Part shown: in pieces, positions 1 to 9,655 of the stretch
Layout of the letters: each line of letters begins with the position of its first letter
Numbering within the stretch: the stretch's first letter is position 1
Source of the DNA: an uncultured delta proteobacterium
GTDB taxonomy: Bacteria; Desulfobacterota; RBG-13-43-22
DNA length: 64,000 bases
Direction of reading: 5' to 3'
NCBI GenBank assembly: GCA_963790475.1
Contig: CAWBOS010000010.1
Span: 704,001 to 768,000 of the forward strand
Translations under genes and position numbers: made by a program
Notes under the pieces: generated by a model
Seen by the model: the letters and a program-made list of their open reading frames with translations, nothing else
What the model was told of the DNA's origin: nothing
Databases searched by the model: none

Positions 1-202
1 TTCATACCTTCAAAATTGATGTTCTTCTAAAACAGTCGTCAAATACTATCTTCATCCCGATGAAAGCCAGACTTTATCCCCGCCTTTAAAGGGATGGACC
101 TCAGTTTTCAGCAAAATCAAAATTAAACCCCGATTCTGAATTATGGTTGTTCATTAAAATTAATATGACTGTTATAGTAGTAAAATTAGTAAGTTATATT
201 TA

Positions 203-272
203 ACTGTCCGACTTTCCCGTTTGTCCCGTTTAGCCCTTTTTCCCCTAATAAAAAAATAAACCCGTTTACCGC
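203..272 (+). repeat. phased ~9-bp direct-repeat array upstream of the flagellin-1 promoter
   Basis: ACTGTCCGA CTTTCCCGT TTGTCCCGT TTAGCCCTT TTTCCCCTA ... AAACCCGTT TACCG; C-runs start at about 208, 216, 225, 234, 242, 261, 269. Confidence 0.6.
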
Positions 273-293
273 AAATAAAATATTAAAAAAAAT

Positions 294-320
294 TAAAGTT
301 TTTAGCATTCTTTCCGATAA
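294..320 (+). promoter_or_regulatory. sigma28 (FliA) promoter
   Basis: TAAA-N15-TCCGATAA (consensus TAAA-N15-GCCGATAA) upstream of flagellin. Confidence 0.85.
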
Positions 321-451
321 ATAAACTAAAAGAGCAAAGTTAAAAAAAAGAAGGTTTCAGGTTTTAACTCATGATAATTTTAAAAGTCAAAAATTCAACC
401 TTTCAACCTGGCCAGAAGGCCAAAAAAACCTCTTAGAAAAGGAGAAAGAAA

Positions 452-1270
452 ATGGGATATGATATTTCATTAACCCCAGAGCATGCGAACAATTTAATTA
501 GTCTGCAGTTAACCAATACCCTTTTAAGCGCAACCCAGAACCGTTTGTCCACCGGCAAAAGGGTGAATTCGGCCATGGATGATCCGGTCAACTATTTTGC
601 CGCTCAGGTCGAAACGAACCGAGCGGCCGACCTCGCTGCACGAAAAGACGGGATGGGCGAAGGCATCAATATCGTCAACGCGGCCAGTCAGGGGATTACC
701 TCCATTATCACCCTGATCGCTCAGGCCAAAGGTATCGCTACTTCGGCCCTGGCCACTTCGGATGTCACCTCCAAGGAAGCTTATGCCACTCAGTTCGATA
801 CGGTCATGAGTCAAATATTGGTTTTGGCCAAAGATTCCGGGTATAAGGGGACGAACCTTTTGGATAATGGTTCGGTGGATATCAAATTCAATGAAGACGG
901 CTCATCCAAACTTACGGTGACCGGCTTTGGAGCCACCACCTTGTCCGAGATCAGTTTAGCCTTTACAACCACCTGGGGGTCCAATGACGCCTTTATTAAT
1001 ACTTCTTTGACTTTGATCGGGACGGCTTCTACGATATTAAGAACCAAGGCCAATACCCTGGCGGCCAATCTTAATGTTATCACCACCCGTCAGGATTTTA
1101 CCACAAATCTAATCAATATCCTGAAAACCGGTGCCGACAATTTGACCCTGGCCGACATGAATGAAGAATCGGCCAATATGCTGATGCTTCAAACCCGGCA
1201 GTCTTTGGGGACGACCTCACTTTCCATCGCTTCTCAGGCGGCCCAATCCATTCTAAGATTGTTTCAATAG
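452..1270 (+). CDS. fliC: flagellin (short, 272 aa)
   Basis: N-terminal RLSTGKRVNSAMDDP and C-terminal ADMNEESANMLMLQTRQSL flagellin motifs; RBS AAGGAG. Confidence 0.93.
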   Translation: MGYDISLTPEHANNLISLQLTNTLLSATQNRLSTGKRVNSAMDDPVNYFAAQVETNRAADLAARKDGMGEGINIVNAASQGITSIITLIAQAKGIATSALATSDVTSKEAYATQFDTVMSQILVLAKDSGYKGTNLLDNGSVDIKFNEDGSSKLTVTGFGATTLSEISLAFTTTWGSNDAFINTSLTLIGTASTILRTKANTLAANLNVITTRQDFTTNLINILKTGADNLTLADMNEESANMLMLQTRQSLGTTSLSIASQAAQSILRLFQ

Positions 1271-1300
1271 GAATAGGAGCGATTATGAAGCTGACTGGAA

Positions 1301-1336
1301 GTTGACAAGAGGGTGAAAAAGGGCCCTCTTGTCAGC
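1301..1336 (+). terminator. stem-loop downstream of flagellin 1
   Basis: TTGACAAGAGGG ... CCCTCTTGTCAG inverted repeat. Confidence 0.6.
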
Positions 1337-1578
1337 GAATATTTAATGTTTTTTTAAAAAAAGGGAGGGGATATGAAAAATTAATCCTAAAACAGAGGTT
1401 CAAGGGTCGAGGATTCAAGGGGTCAAGCGGTTGTTTTATAAATCTGAAGCGGTTTCAATGTAATCCTTAACCAGTTGAATCATTTTAAAAAATTTTTCGT
1501 TCCATCTGCAATCCAGCCTGAGATCATCGTAAGAAAAGACGCCCACTGAAACAAAAGGCCTTTTTCTTATCGAAAAAT

Positions 1579-1605
1579 TCAAGTTTTTTCTTTTTAAGCC
1601 GATAA
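1579..1605 (+). promoter_or_regulatory. sigma28 (FliA) promoter
   Basis: TCAA-N15-GCCGATAA upstream of flagellin 2. Confidence 0.85.
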
Positions 1606-1740
1606 AATAATCAAGAATAAAAAATAGAACAGAAAGGAGGTCCACGGGATTTTTAGGGCGTTATTTTATTTCAGGACAACCAATTTTCTTTCAACTTGGC
1701 AAGAAGGCCAAGAAAAACAACCTAGAAAAGGAGAAAGACA

Positions 1741-2559
1741 ATGTCGTATAGTATTTCATTAACTGCGGGCATGCGTGCCAATTTAGTCAGTTTGCAGTTA
1801 ACCTCACAACTTTTATCTCAGACCCAGAACCGTTTATCCACTGGCAAAAGGGTGAATTCGGCCATGGATGATCCGATCAACTTCTTTTCCGCTCAGATAG
1901 AAACGAACCGGGCAGCCGACCTGACTGCACGGAAAGACGGGATGAGCGAAGGTATCAATATCGTTAACGCGGCCAGCCAGGGGATTACCTCCATTACCAC
2001 CCTGATCGAACAGGCCAAAGGTATCGCCACTTCGGCCTTGGCCTCTTCGGATACCGCCACCAGGGCTACTTATGCCACCCAGTTTGACACGGTCATGAGT
2101 CAAATACTAACTTTGGCCAAAGATTCCGGGTATAAGGGGACGGACCTTTTGGATAATGGTTCGGTAGATATCAAATTCAATGAAGACGGCTCATCCAAAC
2201 TTACAGTGACCGGCTTTGGTGCTACAACCTTAGCAAATATGAGTTTGGCTTTTACCACTTCTTGGAATTCAGGAGATATCTATATCAACAGCTCTCTGAC
2301 GAATATTTCGAATGCCACTGATATATTAAGAACCCAGGCCGCCAACCTGGCGTCCAACCTTAATGTTATTACCACCCGTCAGGATTTCACCACAAATTTA
2401 GTTAATACCTTGAAAACCGGTGCCGACAATTTGACACTGGCGGACATGAACGAGGAATCGGCCAACATGCTGATGCTTCAAACCCGGCAGTCTTTGGGTA
2501 CGACCTCACTTTCCTTGGCTTCTCAGGCCGCCCAATCTGTTTTGAGGCTGTTCGGTTAA
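1741..2559 (+). CDS. fliC: flagellin (short, 272 aa), paralog 2
   Basis: same flagellin N/C motifs; long near-identical blocks shared with 452..1270. Confidence 0.93.
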   Translation: MSYSISLTAGMRANLVSLQLTSQLLSQTQNRLSTGKRVNSAMDDPINFFSAQIETNRAADLTARKDGMSEGINIVNAASQGITSITTLIEQAKGIATSALASSDTATRATYATQFDTVMSQILTLAKDSGYKGTDLLDNGSVDIKFNEDGSSKLTVTGFGATTLANMSLAFTTSWNSGDIYINSSLTNISNATDILRTQAANLASNLNVITTRQDFTTNLVNTLKTGADNLTLADMNEESANMLMLQTRQSLGTTSLSLASQAAQSVLRLFG

Positions 2560-2591
2560 CGTTGGGAATAAAATCGAATAGGGTTAGTTTA

Positions 2592-2627
2592 AAGACGGCA
2601 AGGGGTGGCAACACACTTTGCCGTCTT
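2592..2627 (+). terminator. stem-loop downstream of flagellin 2
   Basis: AAGACGGCAAGG ... CTTTGCCGTCTT inverted repeat. Confidence 0.6.
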
Positions 2628-2646
2628 CCCTTATTGGAGGTAACCC

Positions 2647-3156
2647 ATGATTATTCAACCAATAGAGTCAATAGTATTGCTGGATGACTACCCATTCTAT
2701 AAGCCGGTGCAAAATATCCCGGCATCCCAACCTGTATCTCCAGGACCACCGGTGAGTAAGAAGGCCAGCGTTGGCAAAGAAAAATTACCTTATAATTTTA
2801 GTGAAGCCGCCCAGAGACTCCGAGAAAAGGATCAGCAGATGAGTCAAATTGAGAAAACCCTTTCATCTGTTAAAGAGGAATTGAACACTGTGCGCCGCAC
2901 CCTACCACCCTTTCCACCCGGCAGTCAGGAGAGGGTGCGCATGTTAAAGGGCTATATCGGGCTCCGAAAATTGATCGAAGAGTTGACAATTCCCCCCGAG
3001 GTGGAGTTAAAGATGTTTAAGGATGAGATCCAAATACCTGAACTGGGCGACCAGGCAACGAATAAAGAAGTGGATGCAGCACTCCTAGCTTTGGATAAGA
3101 TACAGCAGACTATTAAAGAGAAAAAGGCTTCGCTTGAGGTTGGGATAAAAATTTAA
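2647..3156 (+). CDS. hypothetical coiled-coil protein next to the flagellins
   Basis: 169-aa ORF with GGAGG RBS; helical/coiled-coil character; family not recognised. Confidence 0.7.
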   Translation: MIIQPIESIVLLDDYPFYKPVQNIPASQPVSPGPPVSKKASVGKEKLPYNFSEAAQRLREKDQQMSQIEKTLSSVKEELNTVRRTLPPFPPGSQERVRMLKGYIGLRKLIEELTIPPEVELKMFKDEIQIPELGDQATNKEVDAALLALDKIQQTIKEKKASLEVGIKI

Positions 3157-3162
3157 TCAATT

Positions 3163-3179
3163 TTGGCCTGAAATTTGCA
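3163..3179 (+). promoter_or_regulatory. putative sigma54 promoter
   Basis: TTGGCCTGAAATTTGCA (GG-N10-GC) before the first TPR-glycosyltransferase. Confidence 0.6.
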
Positions 3180-3197
3180 TGAAAAAATCCAAAGATT

Positions 3198-5015
3198 TTG
3201 AATTTTGAATGGCTCGCCACCAGGCCCAAATTGATTGACTGTAAAAATAGTTACTCACCAAGTTTTCCCCAAAAGACGACAGCAGAAATTTATCCAGGAG
3301 ACGCAGTTCCTTCCTACGAATTCGGCGATGTCTCAGTCAATCCACCAGAACCAGATACCCTTTCGGCCGAAACCTACTATCGGCTGGGTCGCTATTTTGA
3401 TGATCGAGGAGAGACAGAAGAGGCCCTTCGTTTCTTTTACAAAGCGATAGAATTGGATTCCAGCCTGTCTGCGGCCTATAATGATTTGGGAACGATTTTT
3501 CAAAAACGTGGTGAATTTGAAGAGGCTGTAACCCAATATCAAAAGGCCTTGTCCTTTAATTCCAACTTCACTGAAGCCAATTATAATCTTGGAAATGCCT
3601 TTAAGGAGTTAGGTCGATGGTCGGAGGCAGTCATCTATTGCCAAAAGACCATAGATCTAGACCCCGATATTCCGGACGCCCATTATATCCAGGGAATCGC
3701 TTTTTACGAGCAAGAGCGGCTTGAGGAAGCGATCCTTTGCTGGCAGAAGGCCCTCCAAATCAAGCCGCAGTTTACCCAAATCTATTTTAATTTAGGTATT
3801 GCCTATTACAATAAAGGCTGTTTAGAAAAAGCCCTTGAATATTGTCGAAAGGCCGTCGAACTTTACCCGGATATGGCAGATGCCCAGTATAATTTGGGCC
3901 TTGTTTGGTATGGAAAAGATTTTCTTGAAGAAGCTGTCCGCTGCTGGCAAAAGACGGTTCAACTTAACCCCGGCCATCGGGACGCCTACAATAATATGGC
4001 TGCGGCCTTTCAGGACAAACTTGAACTGGACAAGGCTCAAAGATGCTTTCAAAAAGCGATCCTAAACAACCCTGATTATTCTGAAGCCCATTGGAATAAA
4101 GCCTTGTGTCATTTGTTGGCCGGATTTTTCCCGGAAGGTTGGAATGAATACCAATGGCGTTTTCGAATCAAAGACATTTTTTTTAACCGGCATTTTCCCC
4201 AACCGCTATGGGACGGAGGAAACCTGAACGGAAAGAGGATATTGCTGTATGCCGAACAAGGGTTTGGGGACACCATTCAATTTATACGCTATGTGCCCTT
4301 GGTCGTTAAGCAGGGTGGTCGGGTTTTCGTAGAGTGTCAGGCGGACCTTTTCCCCTTGCTTGAGGCTATGCCAGGAATTGAAAGGCTCATCAAACAAGGT
4401 GACCCCTTGCCCGATTTTGATATCCAATGCCCATTATTAAGTCTGCCCTTGGCTTTTAATACTACGTTGGAGGACATCCCAGTCGAATTCCCTTATCTAT
4501 CTATCAACCTCAATAAGATTCAAAAATGGCGTCAATACCTGGCCGCAGACCAGTCCAAAAAGAAAGTCGGTTTGGTCTGGGCCGGGAGACCGACCCACAA
4601 GAAAGATCGGAAGAGATCATTGGCCTTGGAAGCCTTTAAACCCTTGACCGATATCCCCCGGATTACCTTTTACAGTTTACAAAAAGGTGAAGCCGGGCAA
4701 CAGATAAAAAATAGCTCAAAAGGGATAAAACTCATTGATGTGACTGGAGAGTTGGTTGATTTTACCGAAACAGGGGCCTTGATTGAGAATTTGGATTTGG
4801 TTATCAGTGTTGATACTGCAGTAGCCCACCTGACCGGCGCCTTGGGAAGACCGATTTGGACCCTTTTACCTTATTTGCCTGATTGGCGTTGGTTGTTGAA
4901 CCGGGAGGACAGCCCCTGGTATCCTTCCATGAGGCTTTTCCGGCAACCTTCTCCCGGAGACTGGACTTCTGTCATATTATCCGTTCGTGATTGCCTTTTA
5001 AAAATAATAAAATAA
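3198..5015 (+). CDS. TPR-repeat glycosyltransferase (GT9-like C-terminal domain)
   Basis: multiple TPRs; AEQGFGDTIQF and DLVISVDTAVAHLTGALG, DWRW..REDSPWYPS motifs; start codon uncertain. Confidence 0.88.
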   Translation: MNFEWLATRPKLIDCKNSYSPSFPQKTTAEIYPGDAVPSYEFGDVSVNPPEPDTLSAETYYRLGRYFDDRGETEEALRFFYKAIELDSSLSAAYNDLGTIFQKRGEFEEAVTQYQKALSFNSNFTEANYNLGNAFKELGRWSEAVIYCQKTIDLDPDIPDAHYIQGIAFYEQERLEEAILCWQKALQIKPQFTQIYFNLGIAYYNKGCLEKALEYCRKAVELYPDMADAQYNLGLVWYGKDFLEEAVRCWQKTVQLNPGHRDAYNNMAAAFQDKLELDKAQRCFQKAILNNPDYSEAHWNKALCHLLAGFFPEGWNEYQWRFRIKDIFFNRHFPQPLWDGGNLNGKRILLYAEQGFGDTIQFIRYVPLVVKQGGRVFVECQADLFPLLEAMPGIERLIKQGDPLPDFDIQCPLLSLPLAFNTTLEDIPVEFPYLSINLNKIQKWRQYLAADQSKKKVGLVWAGRPTHKKDRKRSLALEAFKPLTDIPRITFYSLQKGEAGQQIKNSSKGIKLIDVTGELVDFTETGALIENLDLVISVDTAVAHLTGALGRPIWTLLPYLPDWRWLLNREDSPWYPSMRLFRQPSPGDWTSVILSVRDCLLKIIK

Positions 5016-5042
5016 AGCGGATGGCCTAAAATTAGCCTTCGA

Positions 5043-7214
5043 TTGCATAAAAATTGCATGAAAAGTAAACAAAATCAAAAAAATGACACCAATACTATGA
5101 CCAAGACCCGACCACTGCCCTTACCGGACCATTTTTTAATTCAAAAAGATATTCCTGACTCGACTGAATCTGATCTTTCGATATTAGAAGCCAGCCGGCA
5201 AAAATCTGGAGCGATTATTGAAGGATTAAAGCGCTTGGCGGAAGAAGGTTCGGCCGTTGACTATTATCAAATGGGCCGTTCTTTTCACGACCGGGATGCA
5301 TTACAGGAGGCGGTTCATTTTTATCATCAGGCCATAATGCTGGATCCTTCCCTGGCGGCCGCCTACAACGATTTAGGGACGGTTTGTCACAGTCAAGGCA
5401 ACACACAGGAAGCTATCCAGTGGTATGATAAGGCCGTGTCCACCGATCCTTCATTTTCCGAAGCCTATTACAATCTTGGAAACGCCTACAAAGATCAAAA
5501 GAAATGGAAGGAAACCGAAATATACAGTCTGAGGGCTGCAGAGTTGGATCCAGCTTTGGCCGAGGCTTACTCTAATTTAGGAATCGCTATCTATCAACAG
5601 GACCGACCGGAGGAAGCGATAACCTGTTGGCAAAAGGTCATCGATCTCAAACCGGATTTTATTTTGGCGCATATAAATTTAGCCACGGCTTTCGGCCGGC
5701 TAAAGCGCTTGGAGGAAGCGATTCAATCCTTTCGAAAGGCCCTGGCCCTAAATCCAGATCAAGCCCTTCCCTGGGTGAATCTTGGTAATATCCACAGAGA
5801 AAAGGGGGAGATCGAGGAGGCGGTTGTCTGTTATCGAAAGGCTTTGACCATTGACCCGTCCTTTGTCGATGCCTATGTGAATCTAGGCTCTCTGGCCATG
5901 GAACAAGGGCATAAAGATGGGGCCATTGTCTGTTACCGACAAGCCCTTCAGCTCAATCCCAAGTCTGCCGAAATCCATTTTAACCTGGCCAACACCTATA
6001 ACGAAAAAGGAGAAATAGCGAAGGCGATTGGTTTATTTCAAGAGGCCATCGAACTTCGCCCTGATTATCATCAGGCCTATAATAATTTGGCTCTTATCCT
6101 ACAAGGACAAGGACGGTTTGAAGAATCCATCCATTTATTTAATCAAGCCTTAGCCCTAAACCCGGATCTTCCAGAGGTTCTTAATAATTTGGGTAATGCA
6201 CTTAAAGACCAGAGAAAAATCGATGAGGCCATTGAACTATTTCGAAAGGCTATCTTGCTCAATCCCGACTACCCGGCAGGTCATTGGAATTTATCCCTTA
6301 CCCTCTTGATGATCGGGTGTTTTAGTGAAGGGTGGCCGGAATATGAGTGGCGCTGGAAATTGAAAGGTGTGATCAATCGGACAGACATTGACCGTCCGTT
6401 ATGGGATGGAAGCGACCTTCAAGGAAAACGTATACTGCTGTATGCCGAACAGGGGTTTGGAGATACCATTCAATTTATCCGTTATGTGTCCTTGGTGATT
6501 AAACGGGGAGGACGGGTTGTGCTGGAATGTCAGCCGGAATTGGCCTCCTTAATGGCCGGCAGGGAAGGGATTGAGGAAATTATTCGATACGGGGAGCCGT
6601 TGCCTGATTTTGATATCCAGTGTCCCCTCTTGAGCCTTCCTTTAATATTTCATACCGATTTCTCGACTATCCCGAACTCCACTCCCTATCTTTCGGTGGC
6701 TCCGACAGTAATCCGGAAATGGAAGGATTGTCTCAATTCTAATAAGTCTAAATACCGGGTGGGTCTGGTTTGGGCTGGAAAACCGGGACACAGCAATGAT
6801 TGCAATCGCTCTTTATCCCTCGAAAAACTAAACCCGTTGGCCCGGATCCCCGGAGTCACTTATTACAGCCTGCAAAAAGGGGAAGCCGCAGCTCAGACTA
6901 AGGACCCGCCTCCGGGGATGAACCTAATGGATGTTTCAGGAGAACTGACCGATTTTGCCGAGACGGGGGGCTTAATACAAAATCTGGATTTGATCATTTC
7001 GGCCGACACCTCCGTGGCCCATTTGGCCGGCGCTTTAGGAAAACCGGTTTGGACCTTGCTGCCTTTTTCACCCGACTGGCGTTGGCTTCTTGACCGGGAT
7101 GACACCCCCTGGTATCCGACCATGAGACTTTTCCGGCAACAGATCCAAAGGGATTGGGCCGGTGTAATTCAAAAAGTGGTGGACGAACTGGATGCCGAGT
7201 CTTTTATGAAATAG
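5043..7214 (+). CDS. TPR-repeat glycosyltransferase (GT9-like), paralog 2
   Basis: about ten TPRs plus AEQGFGDTIQF / SADTSVAHLAGALG / PWYPTMRLFRQ; true start probably ATG at 5058 or 5098. Confidence 0.88.
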   Translation: MHKNCMKSKQNQKNDTNTMTKTRPLPLPDHFLIQKDIPDSTESDLSILEASRQKSGAIIEGLKRLAEEGSAVDYYQMGRSFHDRDALQEAVHFYHQAIMLDPSLAAAYNDLGTVCHSQGNTQEAIQWYDKAVSTDPSFSEAYYNLGNAYKDQKKWKETEIYSLRAAELDPALAEAYSNLGIAIYQQDRPEEAITCWQKVIDLKPDFILAHINLATAFGRLKRLEEAIQSFRKALALNPDQALPWVNLGNIHREKGEIEEAVVCYRKALTIDPSFVDAYVNLGSLAMEQGHKDGAIVCYRQALQLNPKSAEIHFNLANTYNEKGEIAKAIGLFQEAIELRPDYHQAYNNLALILQGQGRFEESIHLFNQALALNPDLPEVLNNLGNALKDQRKIDEAIELFRKAILLNPDYPAGHWNLSLTLLMIGCFSEGWPEYEWRWKLKGVINRTDIDRPLWDGSDLQGKRILLYAEQGFGDTIQFIRYVSLVIKRGGRVVLECQPELASLMAGREGIEEIIRYGEPLPDFDIQCPLLSLPLIFHTDFSTIPNSTPYLSVAPTVIRKWKDCLNSNKSKYRVGLVWAGKPGHSNDCNRSLSLEKLNPLARIPGVTYYSLQKGEAAAQTKDPPPGMNLMDVSGELTDFAETGGLIQNLDLIISADTSVAHLAGALGKPVWTLLPFSPDWRWLLDRDDTPWYPTMRLFRQQIQRDWAGVIQKVVDELDAESFMK

Positions 7215-7217
7215 AAT

Positions 7218-8702
7218 ATGGAGATTCAGATGAAGGACAAGCAATCTGCAGAACGAAGTTTTGTCATACCGGTGTTGGATTTCTCTCCCCATAGTCCTTA
7301 TAATATCAACACCCTCTTGGCCGATCTGCAAAATATTCCCGGAGAAGTGATCTGCATCTTTAACAGCCCGGAAGTCTATGAAACCCTGTCATCCCATCCA
7401 CGTATTGATAAATATTGCCATAACAATTTGAATCCCGGGGTAAGTCGGTCTTGGAATATAGGCCTGAATATGGCTGAAGGCAAAGCCGTTTTTATCTTGA
7501 ATGCCGATATGCATATCGGACGAACGGCCGTGGAGCAGATGGAAGCCTATCTGTTCCATCTTGATCAAGCGGTGATTGTCGGCCCGCAGGGTGCCTTTGT
7601 GGATTTTCTGAAAATGCGGGACCTGAAATATTTTGAAAAGGGCAAAGTCGAACAACCGATTCGCTGCCATGCCATCTCAGGATTCTTTTTTGCCATTCAC
7701 CTGGAACGGTTTCTGGCCCGGAAGCTGAGCTTTGATATTCAATACAGCCCCTGTTTTTCTGAGGAATGGGATATGGGTTTACAGGTTTTTCAAGCCGGAC
7801 TGGCCTGCTATGTCGTTCCGGTCACCGACTATGAGCATCATTGGGGAGTTTCCTCCGGCGATGGAAACCAAACAATTAACTACTTCGGACGGGAAATGAC
7901 CCGCGATCAAATCCTGTTCGCCAACCGGGAAAAATTCATAAAAAAATGGCGTCCCCTTCTGGCTCCAGATGGGGACCCGGTTCAGGTGAACGTTAACCCA
8001 AAAGGGCAGGGCACGTTTCAGGATATCCCGTTGGCCGGACTGAAGCGATTTGTGGAATTCATAAATAAAATACAGAATCAGTCCTATGCCGAGGCCTTGA
8101 GCTACAACCATTCCCAGGTTACGGAAACCATGCTGCCGCAAGTCTTAAGCAAGTACGCCATATCTAGCAATGGAATTGTTCTTGATGTCGGTTGCGGTCA
8201 GGGCCCGGCTTTATCTTGGCTGGCGGAACATGGTTATCGGGCCATCGGGATTACAATCAATGAGGAAGATTTAGAGGTATGCAAAAGAAAAGGCTTTGAG
8301 GTTTATGCTATGGATCAATCCTTTTTGGATTTTCCCGATCAAACCTTTGATCTGCTCTGGGTCCGCCATTGCATAGAACATAGCATTTTCCCCTATTTTA
8401 CTCTGTCCGAGTTCTATCGGGTTTTAAAACCCGGGGCGGTGCTTTATCTGGAAGTGCCTATCCCCGATACGCCGTGTGGTCATGAGACCAATATGAATCA
8501 TTATAGTGTATTGAATAATGTAATGTGGGTGTCGCTTATCAATCGGACCGGATTTTTGAACATCACCCGGGCGGAAATCACGGTTCCTTTGCCAGTGGGA
8601 ACGGACACCTACTGGGCTTTCATCGGGCAAAAACCACCCTTAGAAGCGGTTGTTTCCCGATTTTCCGGAAGTCTGCTGAAAGGGGTCTCCGCGCACCCAT
8701 GA
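7218..8702 (+). CDS. GT2-like glycosyltransferase fused to a SAM-dependent methyltransferase
   Basis: N-terminal NPGVSRSWNIG/ILNAD; C-terminal VLDVGCGQG, EFYRVLKPG. Confidence 0.8.
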   Translation: MEIQMKDKQSAERSFVIPVLDFSPHSPYNINTLLADLQNIPGEVICIFNSPEVYETLSSHPRIDKYCHNNLNPGVSRSWNIGLNMAEGKAVFILNADMHIGRTAVEQMEAYLFHLDQAVIVGPQGAFVDFLKMRDLKYFEKGKVEQPIRCHAISGFFFAIHLERFLARKLSFDIQYSPCFSEEWDMGLQVFQAGLACYVVPVTDYEHHWGVSSGDGNQTINYFGREMTRDQILFANREKFIKKWRPLLAPDGDPVQVNVNPKGQGTFQDIPLAGLKRFVEFINKIQNQSYAEALSYNHSQVTETMLPQVLSKYAISSNGIVLDVGCGQGPALSWLAEHGYRAIGITINEEDLEVCKRKGFEVYAMDQSFLDFPDQTFDLLWVRHCIEHSIFPYFTLSEFYRVLKPGAVLYLEVPIPDTPCGHETNMNHYSVLNNVMWVSLINRTGFLNITRAEITVPLPVGTDTYWAFIGQKPPLEAVVSRFSGSLLKGVSAHP

Positions 8703-9655
8703 AAATATTATTCTTAACCGCGCCTTTCCCCAATTTTGTTGTGGATCTGCTACTTCATGGGTTTAGAAAAATGTTTGACCAGGAGGTGATTGATTTTCCG
8801 CGGAAAGACAGTTTATACAGCGGAGATTTAGTCGGTTTTTCCCCGAAGGGTCAAATCAACCGTCCCTTGTTTTCTTCCGATGAAAATCGTATTGACCGGA
8901 CCGATATCCCCAGGAAGATAAGAGCAGGGTATTTTCAATATATTATCTGTGACTTGAGAGTATTCTCCCAGATAATTAAGACTTTCTCTGAAATACCCAA
9001 GGGTTTTGTCGTGGTGGATGGCGAAGACCATCTTCAAAAAATTCCTCTGGGACCTTATGCGGTTTGTCAAAGGGAAACCGATGGATCCCACTGCAGTATT
9101 CCCCTACCCATGGCCTTACCCGTGGAAGTGATGGAGTGGGTCCAGTCCTATGATTCAAATTCTAAAGAGTACTCGGTTGGGTTTTTAGGCAGTGTCCTTG
9201 ATACCTATTTGGAAAGACGGACTATCGCTGAAGCCATTTCCAAATGGTACGGGGATTGTCTGTTGAATGTCTGCCCGGTTCCCCAGATCGGAAAGGAAGG
9301 CCCCAAGGGTTGGCTGCCCAGGGATTTGTATTATTCCCAGCTTCAGAAATGCCGGGTTCTGTTGACGGTGCAAGGGGCCGGGTATGACACCTTTCGTTTC
9401 TGGGAAAATGCAGCCTGCAATGCGGTTCATATGTGCCAGAAGATGCCCTTATTCATACCTAACGATTTCGAACACAGAGTTCATCTTTTCAGGTTCACCG
9501 ATTTGACCGATTTGAAAAAAAATATCGATCAGGTGTTGGAAGAAAAATTCGACAGCCGGGGAATGATTCAGGAAAACAGGACCCACCTATTAAAACACCA
9601 CACCACCCAGGCCCGGGCCATGTATTTACTGGACAGGCTGAAAGCAATCTTATGA
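8699..9655 (+). CDS. glycosyltransferase (GT-B, Glyco_trans_1_2/exostosin-like)
   Basis: starts MKILFL at an ATGA overlap with the upstream stop; GAGYDTFRFWE motif. Confidence 0.7.
   Translation: MKILFLTAPFPNFVVDLLLHGFRKMFDQEVIDFPRKDSLYSGDLVGFSPKGQINRPLFSSDENRIDRTDIPRKIRAGYFQYIICDLRVFSQIIKTFSEIPKGFVVVDGEDHLQKIPLGPYAVCQRETDGSHCSIPLPMALPVEVMEWVQSYDSNSKEYSVGFLGSVLDTYLERRTIAEAISKWYGDCLLNVCPVPQIGKEGPKGWLPRDLYYSQLQKCRVLLTVQGAGYDTFRFWENAACNAVHMCQKMPLFIPNDFEHRVHLFRFTDLTDLKKNIDQVLEEKFDSRGMIQENRTHLLKHHTTQARAMYLLDRLKAIL

Noticed and set aside
1396-1430. GGTTCAAGGG/GGATTCAAGGG short repeats, and similar 7-bp repeats at 36585-36640 and 49763-49840
   Set aside because: Short degenerate intergenic microsatellite/palindrome clusters with no associated gene pattern; probably generic genome repeats.
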